Shown: positions 34,971 to 44,630, numbered from the stretch's first letter. The stretch: DNA of 64,000 nucleotides from Verrucomicrobiota bacterium (GCA_039806935.1 JBDHQH010000005.1:4939-68938), one strand, 5' to 3'. The notes: generated by a model not told the origin, from the letters alone. Made by a program: numbers and translations.

Positions 34971-36164
34971 TTAGTTAGCCCCGGCGGCCTTGAGTGACCT
35001 GTCCGCCGCCGCACCGCTACGGAGGGCGCGGTGCCGCGCCCGGGCGTAAATTTCCAGCAGGCGATCTGCGTAATCTCCCCAGGAGTTGTCACCCGCACCC
35101 CGTGCGTGGGCAGCCTGGCCCATGCGCTCGTTTAGCGCCCGATCCTCCGCCACTTGAATCATGGCCGCGGCCAGTTCGGGCACATTTCGGCCGTTGATGA
35201 CGCGGCCCTCGACGCCGTCGCGCACCAGGGTGGTGGCGCCGCTCTGGTAGGTGGTGATGACCGGCAGGCCCGAGGCCATTGCCTCGATGATCGCGCGGGC
35301 GAAGCCCTCCTCGTTGGTTGGCAGCACAAAGGCGGTGCAACTTCTCAGCAGTGCCGCCAGTTCGCGATGCGGCAGATGCGGGTAATGGGTGAACGTGCCC
35401 TCCCAACGCGGCCGTTCCCGGCTGAAATCGGCGTGATACCCGCCGGCGCAAATCAGTTCAGCTTCCGGCAGGCGCTCGCGCACCCGCTGAAACGCGCGGA
35501 ACAGATATTGTTGCCCCTTCCTGAGTCCGATCAGCCCGACGCAGATGAACCGGGGCTTTTCGGGAAGCCGATCCCGGGGGATGAAGGTGCGGGTGTTTAC
35601 CCCGTAGGGATTCAACACGCATTTCTCCTCCGGAATGCCGTTATAAATCATCGAGTCCCGCACAAAGACCGAAGGGCAGGAAATCAGATCGGCGCGCTCG
35701 AGGTCACGGTTGCCGCGGGCGAAGATTTTTCGCGGCACCCCGGGCCGCGTCCCCGGATTCCAGAGATCGCATTCCCGCTGCCAAAAACCGTAATAGCTGG
35801 TCGGGTGGCTGTTGGACGCGTCGATCACTTTGAGCGCGCCAATTCGCTCGGCGTGGTCGAAGACCTCCGCGCCGTAGCCCATGAGCGCCTGCACGGCCTC
35901 GAAGGCCGGCGGCTTTTGCCGTTTTACCCAGTTCGTCCAGAGGGGGAGCAGACCGTGAAAAATCCGCTCGGGGAAACGAGGTGAGAGGTGATAAAACGGC
36001 TTGATCGCAAGATGAAAAACCCAGGCGCGGCGGTATTTCGACGCCGGCAACCCGGCCTCGTTTTTCGTGCTCGTCCAGAGAGCGGCCAGCGCGTTTCGCT
36101 CGTGCAAAGCGGCGGAGACGGGGTTCAGATGGGTGGCGTCGCAGGCAGCCAGCAGGATTTGCAT
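34971..36164 (-). CDS. glycosyltransferase family 4
   Basis: 'FVLPTNEEGFARAIIEAMASGLPVITT' (E-x7-E region). Confidence 0.85.
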   Translation of the reverse strand: MQILLAACDATHLNPVSAALHERNALAALWTSTKNEAGLPASKYRRAWVFHLAIKPFYHLSPRFPERIFHGLLPLWTNWVKRQKPPAFEAVQALMGYGAEVFDHAERIGALKVIDASNSHPTSYYGFWQRECDLWNPGTRPGVPRKIFARGNRDLERADLISCPSVFVRDSMIYNGIPEEKCVLNPYGVNTRTFIPRDRLPEKPRFICVGLIGLRKGQQYLFRAFQRVRERLPEAELICAGGYHADFSRERPRWEGTFTHYPHLPHRELAALLRSCTAFVLPTNEEGFARAIIEAMASGLPVITTYQSGATTLVRDGVEGRVINGRNVPELAAAMIQVAEDRALNERMGQAAHARGAGDNSWGDYADRLLEIYARARHRALRSGAAADRSLKAAGAN

Positions 36165-36282
36165 CGAAGGAGAGTTTAGGCGGATGAACGTGTGGAGGCA
36201 AACGCCTTCCCGAGCCGCCGCGCCGGTTCAGCCAGTTTCGGTTGATCATTCCCGGTGCTCCGTTCATGCTCTCGCGCCGATC

Positions 36283-37482
36283 ATGGCGAAGACCTTGCTC
36301 GCGACCATCACCGAGACGCTGGCCCTGGGGGGCAGCTCCACCTTCTTGCTCAATCTCGCCAGGGGATTCGCGCGCCGGGAGCGATCGCTGCCCATCGTCG
36401 TGATGTCTGAGGGGATGGATCTGGCACCCGAGTTTCGAGAGACCACGGCCCGAATCCACGGCCCGCCGCGTAAGGAGTTAATTTACGAGGACCGCCTGGC
36501 CTGGGCTTACGATTGCCTGCAGAGCGACTCGCCGCGAGCGGTGCTCGCCTGTCTGGGACCGGTGAGCTTTGAGGGGCTTCGTCTCGTTCCCCCGGGTGTG
36601 GCGCGGCTGGGCATTCTCCAATCCGATGATCCCGGACCGTATCAACTGGTTCGGCACTTTTCCCCCTGGGTGGACGGGTGGATCGGTGTCTCTCGCGAAA
36701 TATGCCGGAAAATCGAGGCTTTGATCGGGGTGAATCGCGCGCGGGTCGAGTTTATTCCGTATGGGATTGATTTTCTCCCACCTCAACCGAGAGCCCCGGC
36801 GGATCCCGGCCAGCCGCTGAACATCGTTTATGTGGGACGCCTGGTCGAACTTCAAAAGCGCATCAGCCGGATCATCTCTTTGATCCGGCTGGCCGAGCGG
36901 GAGCAGTGGAATGTCCGGTTCACGCTGGTCGGCGGCGGCCCCGATGCGGATCTGGTACAGTCCAGCCTTGCAGATTGCCAGATCGTCCGGATTCTCGGGG
37001 CCGTCCCGAACCGGGAAATCCCCGCGATTCTGCGTTCTCAAGAGGTCTTCGTTTTATTGTCGGATTTCGAAGGCTTGCCCTTGAGCCTGTTGGAGGCGAT
37101 GGGCGAGGGTCTCGTTCCAGTCATTTCGGACTTGCCCAGCGGGGTGGGCGAGGTGGTGACGGCGGAGACGGGGTTCCGAGTGCCGGTGGGTGATCTGGAC
37201 GCCGCGGCGGTGGCCATTCGGCGATTGGAACGTGACCGGCGCCTCTACGTTCGCCTTTCTGAGAACGCGCGGAGAGTCGCCCGGGCAGACCATAGCGCCG
37301 ACCAGATGGCGGGGCGGTTTATTGCCCTTGCCGAGGCGTTGAGCCGGCTTGATCCGCCGAAATGGCCCGCCTCGGTCCGCGTCCCCGTCCCGCGGACGGT
37401 GCGGGTTCCGTTTTTATACCAGGGCTTGGGCAGACGCTTCCGGCGGGCGATGCGCAGGTTTCGGAACCATCGACAGCCCTGA
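36283..37482 (+). CDS. glycosyltransferase family 4
   Basis: 'VFVLLSDFEGLPLSLLEAMGEGLVPVISD'. ATG 36283 is chosen because the upstream part of the 36067 ORF overlaps the divergent GT4. Confidence 0.8.
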   Translation: MAKTLLATITETLALGGSSTFLLNLARGFARRERSLPIVVMSEGMDLAPEFRETTARIHGPPRKELIYEDRLAWAYDCLQSDSPRAVLACLGPVSFEGLRLVPPGVARLGILQSDDPGPYQLVRHFSPWVDGWIGVSREICRKIEALIGVNRARVEFIPYGIDFLPPQPRAPADPGQPLNIVYVGRLVELQKRISRIISLIRLAEREQWNVRFTLVGGGPDADLVQSSLADCQIVRILGAVPNREIPAILRSQEVFVLLSDFEGLPLSLLEAMGEGLVPVISDLPSGVGEVVTAETGFRVPVGDLDAAAVAIRRLERDRRLYVRLSENARRVARADHSADQMAGRFIALAEALSRLDPPKWPASVRVPVPRTVRVPFLYQGLGRRFRRAMRRFRNHRQP

Positions 37483-37507
37483 ACCGGCTCCGTATTCTTG
37501 GGTCGGC

Positions 37508-38224
37508 ATGCGGAATTTCGCTCAAAGTCGGTGGATGTGGTTCCTGAAAGGGTTGCCGTCGCCGTGGCGGGCCCGGGCCCTTTTCCACGCGAAACGCTAC
37601 ACAATGACCAACCCGGAGCGTTGCCGGTCTCTCTGGGATTTGAGCCGGCGGGCACTCCGGAGCGGCACGCCTGGTTGCTTTGTGGAATGCGGAGTCTGGA
37701 AGGGCGGCTCGGCGGCGATCATGGGCTTGGCGCTCCAAAGATGGGGCGCATCAACAAATCTTCACTTGTTTGATTCTTTTCAGGGTTTGCCGGAGCCGAC
37801 GGAAGAGGACGGCGTCGCAGCCCGGCAATATAGCGGCGGGAGGAACTCCGGCTCCCTGGTTTCCATCCATCAATGCAAAGAAGGTCTGGAGCCGGTGAGA
37901 GACTATCTTTTGTCACGATTGAAGCTCCCTGCCGAGCGGACGCATTTTCATCCCGGCTGGTTTCAGCATACGATCCCGCAGATAGCCCCGACCCTGGGAC
38001 CGATCGCTCTCCTGCGTCTGGATGGAGATTGGTACGAGTCCACCCGGATCTGTCTGGAACATCTCTATCCGTTGTTGTCGCCGGGAGGCATTGTTATTCT
38101 CGATGACTATAACTTCTGGGAAGGCTGTCGGCGGGCGACGGACGAGTATCGTCAGTCCCGCGGCCTCACCGCTGAAATTCAGCAAATCGACGCCGAGGCG
38201 GTTTTTTGGGTTAACCCGGGCTAA
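37508..38224 (+). CDS. TylF/MycF-family (macrocin-type) O-methyltransferase
   Basis: 'GCFVECGVWKGGSAAIM', 'LHLFDSFQGLPEP' and 'LLRLDGDWYESTRICLEHLYPLLSPGGIVILDDY'. Confidence 0.8.
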   Translation: MRNFAQSRWMWFLKGLPSPWRARALFHAKRYTMTNPERCRSLWDLSRRALRSGTPGCFVECGVWKGGSAAIMGLALQRWGASTNLHLFDSFQGLPEPTEEDGVAARQYSGGRNSGSLVSIHQCKEGLEPVRDYLLSRLKLPAERTHFHPGWFQHTIPQIAPTLGPIALLRLDGDWYESTRICLEHLYPLLSPGGIVILDDYNFWEGCRRATDEYRQSRGLTAEIQQIDAEAVFWVNPG

Positions 38225-39798
38225 ACCCGTCCACTCGTTAACTGCGGGTTTCCCCGGGCGGGCAAAATCAGGCGCAGCACACGAGTTGCCAGGGGCGGCA
38301 GTTTGCCGACCAATTCCTTCTGAAACTCCTCGGGGATACCCTGCCGAAGGAGGCACCATACGCCGGTGATGAAACAGAACCCCGCGAGCGCGCCGAGCCG
38401 GCCCAAGGGCGGGAGCTTTCGGGCGATCAGCCAGGCGGCGAAGGCGAGCGGGGCAAAGCGCAGCGCCACTGCCCAGGCCCGGGACATCCACTGGATTGCG
38501 ACCTCGCGCCAGGAGAGGCCGAAGAGGGCGGTCGCCCGCCGGACGCCGTAGCTGAAGCTGAAAAGGAGGGTGCAGAGGATCGAGCTGGCAATCACGCCGT
38601 ACAATCCGGCGAGCCGCGCGCCGGCGATGGCAAGCAGGACAAAGCAGCCCCCTTCCAGAAAATACACCAACCCCATGGCGCGGAGATCTTTCGTCGCCAT
38701 GATAATGGAGTTGTGCGAGCGGGAGATGGCGCTCAAGAGCAACCACGCGGCCAACAACACATCATAGGAGGCGCGCCACTCGATTTTTCCGCGCATCCAG
38801 ACGGTCACGAAGCTGGCATTGCAAGCCGCGTAGGCGATGCCGCAGAAAACGGCGAAAGACGCGGTGAGGACGAGCACCGTGCGATAGCGCGCCAGGAGCA
38901 GCCGGGTTTCGCCCCGGGCCACCATCTCTCCGAAGCCGGGCGAGGCGGAATCATAGACCCGCCAAACCAACTGGCTGATCATGTTGAAGGCTTTCGTTCC
39001 CACCGCCCAGACCGCGGCCGGACCTAATCCCAGGCAGCGGGTGATGACAAAAGTCTGGCTGGCCAGGATGAGCTGGCTGCCCACCGAGACCAGAAAAATG
39101 TCTTTGCCGTAGGAGAATAATTCTCCGAGATGCCGCCGCGAGACCCGGCCCCAAAACCCGCGCGCGGGGAAAAGGGCCAATCGCCAGCAGACCGCCGCCT
39201 GGAAAAGATATCCGCCGCAGGTGCTGATCAGCCCCGCCCAGATCAGGCTGAGCACTCCGTGCCCGGCCGCGAAAAACCCCCACTGAATCAACAAGTTTGA
39301 AATCAGGATGAGGATGCTCGAATAGCCCCAGTAATCCACGCGCTGGTGGGCGTAGAGCACATGGCCAAAAATGCGGACGGCAAAAGTCGCGAACAACGTG
39401 ATTCCCTGCCACTGCACCAGCCGGATGAATTCCAGCCGGAGGTCATCCTGCACCCGCAGCACATCCGCCAGAATGGAGGCGGAGGCGAAGCAGATCAGCA
39501 GTCCCGCCAACCCTTGCAACACCAGGACCAGCCATCCGGTCTTGAGCAGGCTGCCATACCCGGTCTCGCTCCTCGCGTCTTTATGGTCAATTAATAATCG
39601 CGAGATGGACGAAGACATCCCCAAATCCACCAAATTCAGGTAGCCCAGGAGCGAGGCCATGAGCGCCCACAAGGCAAACTGTTCCTTGGAGAGGTAATGA
39701 AGCGCCAGGGGAACCGAGGTCAGTGAATAGAGCGCCGTGACCCCGAGCAACAAATAGTTCGAGATCGCTCCTTGCAGGGCTCGGTGAAAACGCGACAT
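38221..39798 (-). CDS. wzx: oligosaccharide/polysaccharide flippase (Wzx-like, MOP superfamily)
   Basis: 525 aa with ~12-14 TM helices and the typical N-terminus 'NYLLLGVTALYSLTSVPLALHYLSKEQFALWAL'. Confidence 0.8.
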   Translation of the reverse strand: MSRFHRALQGAISNYLLLGVTALYSLTSVPLALHYLSKEQFALWALMASLLGYLNLVDLGMSSSISRLLIDHKDARSETGYGSLLKTGWLVLVLQGLAGLLICFASASILADVLRVQDDLRLEFIRLVQWQGITLFATFAVRIFGHVLYAHQRVDYWGYSSILILISNLLIQWGFFAAGHGVLSLIWAGLISTCGGYLFQAAVCWRLALFPARGFWGRVSRRHLGELFSYGKDIFLVSVGSQLILASQTFVITRCLGLGPAAVWAVGTKAFNMISQLVWRVYDSASPGFGEMVARGETRLLLARYRTVLVLTASFAVFCGIAYAACNASFVTVWMRGKIEWRASYDVLLAAWLLLSAISRSHNSIIMATKDLRAMGLVYFLEGGCFVLLAIAGARLAGLYGVIASSILCTLLFSFSYGVRRATALFGLSWREVAIQWMSRAWAVALRFAPLAFAAWLIARKLPPLGRLGALAGFCFITGVWCLLRQGIPEEFQKELVGKLPPLATRVLRLILPARGNPQLTSGRV

Positions 39799-39804
39799 GC
39801 CCGC

Positions 39805-40953
39805 TCAGTGATTGACCAGCCCCGTGTTGCGGGGGTTTGCGCGGAACGTCGGCCACGAACTCCGGGCCGGCGGTTGGCCAATGCTCAAGGCGGTCAGGTT
39901 GGTCCAACTGTCGAAGATGTACAGCGCGCCCGATGGAGACACCGCGGGCGAGGCGGATCCGTAGGCCGCCAAAAAGCGGCTCCAGACGTTTTCGCTGGGC
40001 TGGACAAGGTTGACCAGCAACCCGAAGCGCGAGACCGCGCAAACCGAATCGTCCGCCAGCACCGCTGCGGAGGATTCGACGGGATAGCCGAACCCGCGCA
40101 CCCAGCGCTTCTCGCCGGCGGGGGAAAAGGCCCATAACTCCGTGTTGACGCCGAGATAAATCCCGCCGTCGGCGGCGAGCACCGGCGAGGATTCGGTGAT
40201 ACCTCCGGTATGCGTTTTCCACCGCAAGCGCCCGTCCGGCTCCAGCGCGTAAAAGAACCCGTCGGTCGAGGTGAAATAAACCGCGCCATCCGCGCCGAGG
40301 GCGGGAGAGGAGACAATCGGCCCGCCGGTTTTGAAGGACCAGACCCTTTCGCCCGCCGGGCTCAGCGCGTACAGCGAACCATCATGGGAGCCGAAGAAGA
40401 TCCGGCCTTGGGCGTCGATGGCCGGGGAGGAAACGACCGGTCCGCCGGTCGGGAAACTCCAGCGTTTGGCGCCCTCGGGGCTGAGAGCGTGGAAAATCTT
40501 GTCCCAGGAGCCGAAATACACGGTGCCGTCCGCGCCGATCGCCGGTGAGGAATCCACCCAGGCGCCGGTGGGGAAAACCCACCGGGGCCGGCCCGCGGGG
40601 GTGAGCGCGTAGAAGTTGCGGTCCCGAGAGCCGAAGTAAATGGTGCCATCGGCCCCGAGGGCGGGGGAGGAGTGAATTTCCATGGCCGAACTTTGTCCGC
40701 GGCCGGTGTAAAAGGTCCACTTGGGCTTCCCCTCGGCGGACACCGCCCGGAGTTGTCCGGCGAAGGTGCCGAAATAAATCGTGCCATCCGGCGCGATGGC
40801 GGGCGTCGAGTCACCCGAGTCTTTGATATCGAGGGACCAGAGATTCGAGACGGTCGCCTCGGCGGGCTGAGCGACAGATTCGAGGCCGCGCCAGCTCAAG
40901 ACCAGCGCGCTCACAATCCAAATCCAGGCTCCCGGGAATACGGCCAAACGCAC
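39805..40953 (-). CDS. secreted PQQ-like (BamB-like) beta-propeller repeat protein
   Basis: At least 8 tandem ~40-aa units of the form 'SSPA(I/L)GADGT(I/V)YFGS.D...YAL.P.G...W.F.TG'. The start is uncertain. GTG 40953 gives a signal-peptide-like N-terminus (VRLAVFPGAWIWIVSALVLSW). The longer ORF (to 41208) crosses a REP copy and the divergent gene. Confidence 0.72.
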   Translation of the reverse strand: MRLAVFPGAWIWIVSALVLSWRGLESVAQPAEATVSNLWSLDIKDSGDSTPAIAPDGTIYFGTFAGQLRAVSAEGKPKWTFYTGRGQSSAMEIHSSPALGADGTIYFGSRDRNFYALTPAGRPRWVFPTGAWVDSSPAIGADGTVYFGSWDKIFHALSPEGAKRWSFPTGGPVVSSPAIDAQGRIFFGSHDGSLYALSPAGERVWSFKTGGPIVSSPALGADGAVYFTSTDGFFYALEPDGRLRWKTHTGGITESSPVLAADGGIYLGVNTELWAFSPAGEKRWVRGFGYPVESSAAVLADDSVCAVSRFGLLVNLVQPSENVWSRFLAAYGSASPAVSPSGALYIFDSWTNLTALSIGQPPARSSWPTFRANPRNTGLVNH

Positions 40954-41004
40954 GGGAAGATGATATTCGGCCCGGCGCGGGCTGGCAAAAAGATAAAGGA
41001 AATG

Positions 41005-41036
41005 GGCAGGGACATTTCGCCGAAACGTCCTCCTTT
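41005..41036 (+). repeat. REP-like repeat, copy 2 (partial, first hairpin only)
   Basis: GGCAGGGACATTTCGCCGAAACGTCCTCCTT aligns with the 5' part of copies 1 and 3. Confidence 0.6.
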
Positions 41037-41101
41037 TCGGGAAGTCGCCGCCCAATTGATTTGACGGCGGGGAGGCCTTTTGGTTTCGTGATGGCGCGCA
41101 G

Positions 41102-42463
41102 ATGAGCGCCTGGCCATACAACATGCACAAGCATTCCAATCCCCGATTCTCCCGCCGTTCGTTTCTTAAAGCCACGGGCGCCCTGACTTTGGGCGCGCCC
41201 TTTTTCATGCGCGATTTGATGGCTCGGCCTCCGAGCGAGACGTTGCGTCACGCGAGCTTTGGCGCCTCGGGCATGGCGTGGGCCGACCTCACCAACATCG
41301 CGCAGGCCAGAAACGTCGAGTTGGTGGCGGTGGCGGACGTGGATCTCACCAAGACCGCCGAGGTGAGGAAACGCTTTCCCGGGGCCCGGGTTTACCAGGA
41401 TTGGCGGGAACTGCTGGCGCGCGAGGCCAAGCGCATTGATTCGGTCAATGTCTCCGTGCCGGACCACATGCATGGCGTAATGGGCATGAGCGTGCTGGAG
41501 CTGGGCAAGCACCTGTATTGTCAAAAACCGCTGGCGCATGATTTGTTCGAAGTGCGCCGATTGGTCGAGCGCGCGGGCCGCACGCCGGTGGCGACCCAGA
41601 TGGGCATCCAGATTCACTCGGTCAACCATTACCGCCTGGCGGTGATGCTGATTCAGTCGCAGGTGATCGGCAAAATCAAGGAAGTGCATTCCTGGTGCCC
41701 GAAATCCTGGGGAGACACGACGCCGCGGCCGGATCGAATCGATGCCATCCCCGCCGGTCTGGATTGGAATTTATGGCTGGGGGTTTGCGAGGCGCGGCCG
41801 TATCTTGGGGAGGCGTATTACCACCCCGACAACTGGCGCAAGCGGCTGGATTTCGGCACCGGAACTTTCGGAGACATGGGCTGCCATATTTTCGACCCGG
41901 TGTTTTCGGCGTTGGAATTGGGCGCGCCTTTATCGGTGCGCTCGATCGGTCCGGCGCCCAACGCCTGGAACTGGGCGATGGACTCGAACATCGAGTATCT
42001 TTTCCCCGGCACCGCCTATACCGCGGGGAAAACGGTGAAGCTGCATTGGTACGACGGCGCGGGCAAACTGCCGACGGAGGTGCTGGCTTTGCTCGAGGGG
42101 GATCCGCGCCCGGGGACCGGCTCGATTTTCGTGGGCACGCAGGGCACGCTGGTGCTGCCGCATATCAACCGTCCGTTGTTGTATCCGGACAAAAAATTCG
42201 CGAATCTGCAATTCCCAGAGGTGACCTCGAATAATCACTGGGCCCAATGGGCCGACGCCTGCCGCGGGAAAGATCGCGCCTCGGCTCCGTTCTCCTACGC
42301 CGGGCCGTTGACCGAGGTCGTGCTGCTGGGCGGCGTGGCCTCGCGCTTCCCGCAGACCACCCTTTTCTGGGATTCGGAGCGGCTTCAGTTCAACCTGCCG
42401 GAAGCGAATCAATATCTCCGCCGCGCCTACCGGCCCGGCTGGGAGGTCAAGGGACTGGCCTGA
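41102..42463 (+). CDS. Gfo/Idh/MocA family oxidoreductase with Tat signal
   Basis: 'SRRSFLKATGALTLGAP' Tat motif and a Rossmann region 'VELVAVADVD...'. ATG 41123 is an alternative start. Confidence 0.85.
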   Translation: MSAWPYNMHKHSNPRFSRRSFLKATGALTLGAPFFMRDLMARPPSETLRHASFGASGMAWADLTNIAQARNVELVAVADVDLTKTAEVRKRFPGARVYQDWRELLAREAKRIDSVNVSVPDHMHGVMGMSVLELGKHLYCQKPLAHDLFEVRRLVERAGRTPVATQMGIQIHSVNHYRLAVMLIQSQVIGKIKEVHSWCPKSWGDTTPRPDRIDAIPAGLDWNLWLGVCEARPYLGEAYYHPDNWRKRLDFGTGTFGDMGCHIFDPVFSALELGAPLSVRSIGPAPNAWNWAMDSNIEYLFPGTAYTAGKTVKLHWYDGAGKLPTEVLALLEGDPRPGTGSIFVGTQGTLVLPHINRPLLYPDKKFANLQFPEVTSNNHWAQWADACRGKDRASAPFSYAGPLTEVVLLGGVASRFPQTTLFWDSERLQFNLPEANQYLRRAYRPGWEVKGLA

Positions 42464-43718
42464 GCCCCGCGGGGGCGCGCTCCGGAAACCGCGCCGCGAT
42501 CCACAGCGTGGTCGCCAGCAGGACGCCCGCGCAGATCAAGTACGGCAGCGCGGCGTGGAAGGGCAGCAGGGAGGTGGCGAAAACCGGCCCGAAAATGCGG
42601 GCCAGGCTGCCGGCGCTTTGGGCCACGCCAATGGTGGCCCCCTGCTCATCGGCGGCGGTTAAATTGGACAGCAAGCCGAACAACGGCGGCCGCGTGAGGC
42701 CGGTCCCGATTGCCAGCAAGCCCAGCGCCGCCAGCATCGCCAGCCAGGGCCAGCCTTCCGGTCGAAACAACACCCCCCAGGCGAGCGGCGTGGTCCCCCG
42801 GATGAAAGGCAGCGGCGCCAGGCTCACCGCGGTGAGCGCCAGGCTGAGCGAGATCAGCCGCACCTCGCCCAGCAGCTTCACCAACCGCCCAATGGCCCCG
42901 CCCTGGACGAAGGCGCCGATCACGCCGCAATAAGCGAACAAATAGACCACGGTGGTCGCCGAGGTGGCGCTGGCTTGAATATCCAAATGAAAGTTTTCGC
43001 TGACGATCAGCGGCAGCGTGCTTTCAAAGCAGCTAAAGCAGAAGGTGGCGAGGAAAAAGACCACGATCAACAAACCCACTTTCGGCTGGCGCAACACGCG
43101 CAGCCACTGATCGAGATGAGGCCGCGGAGCGACCGGCTGGGCATTCGGCTTGCGGCTTTCCACCAGAATAAACAACGCCAGGAAAAAGTTGAAGGCGCAC
43201 AGGCCGGCGGCGGTCCAACCCGGTCCGGAATTGCCCAGATAATGCAGGCTGACGCCGCCCAGGACCGGCCCAAAGATGAAACCCAGGCCAAAGGCCATGC
43301 CGATCAACCCCATCCGCCGCGAACGATCCTTCGGGGGGGTAATATCGGCGATGTAAGCCTGGGCCACGGTAATGTTGCCGCCGCACGCGCCGGCAAAGAC
43401 GCGGGACAACACCATGAGCCACAGCGCTGTCTCATTATGAGGCACTTGTGCGCTGATTCCGAACAAGGCATAGGACAGCGCCGCTCCGGCCGTGCTGATC
43501 AGCAGAATGGGCCGGCGCCCGTGCCGATCGGAGAGCCGCCCCCAGATCGGCGAAAAGAAGAATTGCATCGCCGAGAACGAGGCGATGATCAGGCCGATCA
43601 TGAACCCGCGCGCGCCGAAATGGCTGCTGTAAATCGGCACCAGAGGAACCACGATCCCGAACCCGATCAAATCGATGAAAACTGTCAGGAAGACTACGAG
43701 AACGGAAGGTTTCCTCAT
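42447..43718 (-). CDS. MFS transporter (TCR/Tet-like)
   Basis: 12 TM helices, with MFS motif A 'GRLSDRHGRRPILL'. Confidence 0.85.
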   Translation of the reverse strand: MRKPSVLVVFLTVFIDLIGFGIVVPLVPIYSSHFGARGFMIGLIIASFSAMQFFFSPIWGRLSDRHGRRPILLISTAGAALSYALFGISAQVPHNETALWLMVLSRVFAGACGGNITVAQAYIADITPPKDRSRRMGLIGMAFGLGFIFGPVLGGVSLHYLGNSGPGWTAAGLCAFNFFLALFILVESRKPNAQPVAPRPHLDQWLRVLRQPKVGLLIVVFFLATFCFSCFESTLPLIVSENFHLDIQASATSATTVVYLFAYCGVIGAFVQGGAIGRLVKLLGEVRLISLSLALTAVSLAPLPFIRGTTPLAWGVLFRPEGWPWLAMLAALGLLAIGTGLTRPPLFGLLSNLTAADEQGATIGVAQSAGSLARIFGPVFATSLLPFHAALPYLICAGVLLATTLWIAARFPERAPAGLRPVP

Positions 43719-43906
43719 ATACGGCGGCGGCGCCTCTTAAACGACAAAATCTGACACCCTGGTAGGTTAGTGGGCGAAATGGGTTCGTCAAGCGGAGCCG
43801 TGGCGAGAGGAGCCTCCCCCATGCAGCCGGGCCGGGCGAAATTCCTCTTGCGAGAACGCTCGCGCGCGCTCGAATTGGCGCGGAACTTGCGGCCAACTTC
43901 TTCAGC

Positions 43907-44596
43907 ATGGCGCAGGCAAAAGGCACTCCGGTCACCACCGACCGACGCACACGGATACTGCTCGTGGATGATCACGCGGTGGTGCGATACGGCATCGCGC
44001 AACTGATCAACAAGCAAGCGGACCTGGTGGTCTGCGGCGAGGAGGAGGACGCGGCGCGCGCGCTGGGAGCGATTGAAAAGCTCAAGCCCGGCCTGGTGAT
44101 CGTGGATATTTCGCTCAAGGAAAGCAGCGGGTTGGAGTTGATGCGCAACATCAAGGCGCGGTTTCGGGGGTTGCCGATGCTGGTGGTCAGCGCGCACGAG
44201 GAGTCGGTGTACGCGGAGGTCGCTTTTCGGGCCGGGGCGCTGGGTTATTTGATGAAGGCGGAAGCGCTCGAACGGGTGATTCCGGCCATTCGCCGGGTGC
44301 TGAGCGGCAATGTGTACGTCAGCGAGGCCATGGCCGCCCGGATGTTGCATCAGCAAATCCGCGGAAAACCCGATCTGCGGCAGTCGCCGGTGGCCGAGTT
44401 GAGCGATCGCGAGCTCGAGGTGTTTCAACTCGTCGGGCAATGGAAGCGCACCAGCGAAATCGCCGCCGAACTGCACCTCAGCATCAAGACGATCGAATAC
44501 TACCGCGAGCAGATCAAACGCAAGCTCAACCTCAGCAGCGCGGCGGAGTTGATGCAGCACGCCACCGCCTGGACGCAACGCGAAGCGGCCGTTTAG
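43907..44596 (+). CDS. NarL/LuxR-family response regulator
   Basis: REC domain 'ILLVDDHAVVR...LVIVDISL' and HTH_LuxR 'LSDRELEVFQLVGQWKRTSEIAAELHLSIKTIEYYREQIKRKL'. Confidence 0.88.
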   Translation: MAQAKGTPVTTDRRTRILLVDDHAVVRYGIAQLINKQADLVVCGEEEDAARALGAIEKLKPGLVIVDISLKESSGLELMRNIKARFRGLPMLVVSAHEESVYAEVAFRAGALGYLMKAEALERVIPAIRRVLSGNVYVSEAMAARMLHQQIRGKPDLRQSPVAELSDRELEVFQLVGQWKRTSEIAAELHLSIKTIEYYREQIKRKLNLSSAAELMQHATAWTQREAAV

Positions 44597-44607
44597 GAGA
44601 GTGGCGC

Positions 44608-44630
44608 CCCCTTTCCGGAGTGCGGAAAGG
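44608..44630 (+). terminator. GC hairpin after the response-regulator gene (terminator-like, no U-tract)
   Basis: CCCTTTCCG-GAGTG-CGGAAAGGG is a perfect 9-bp stem, 12 nt after the TAG. Confidence 0.3.
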
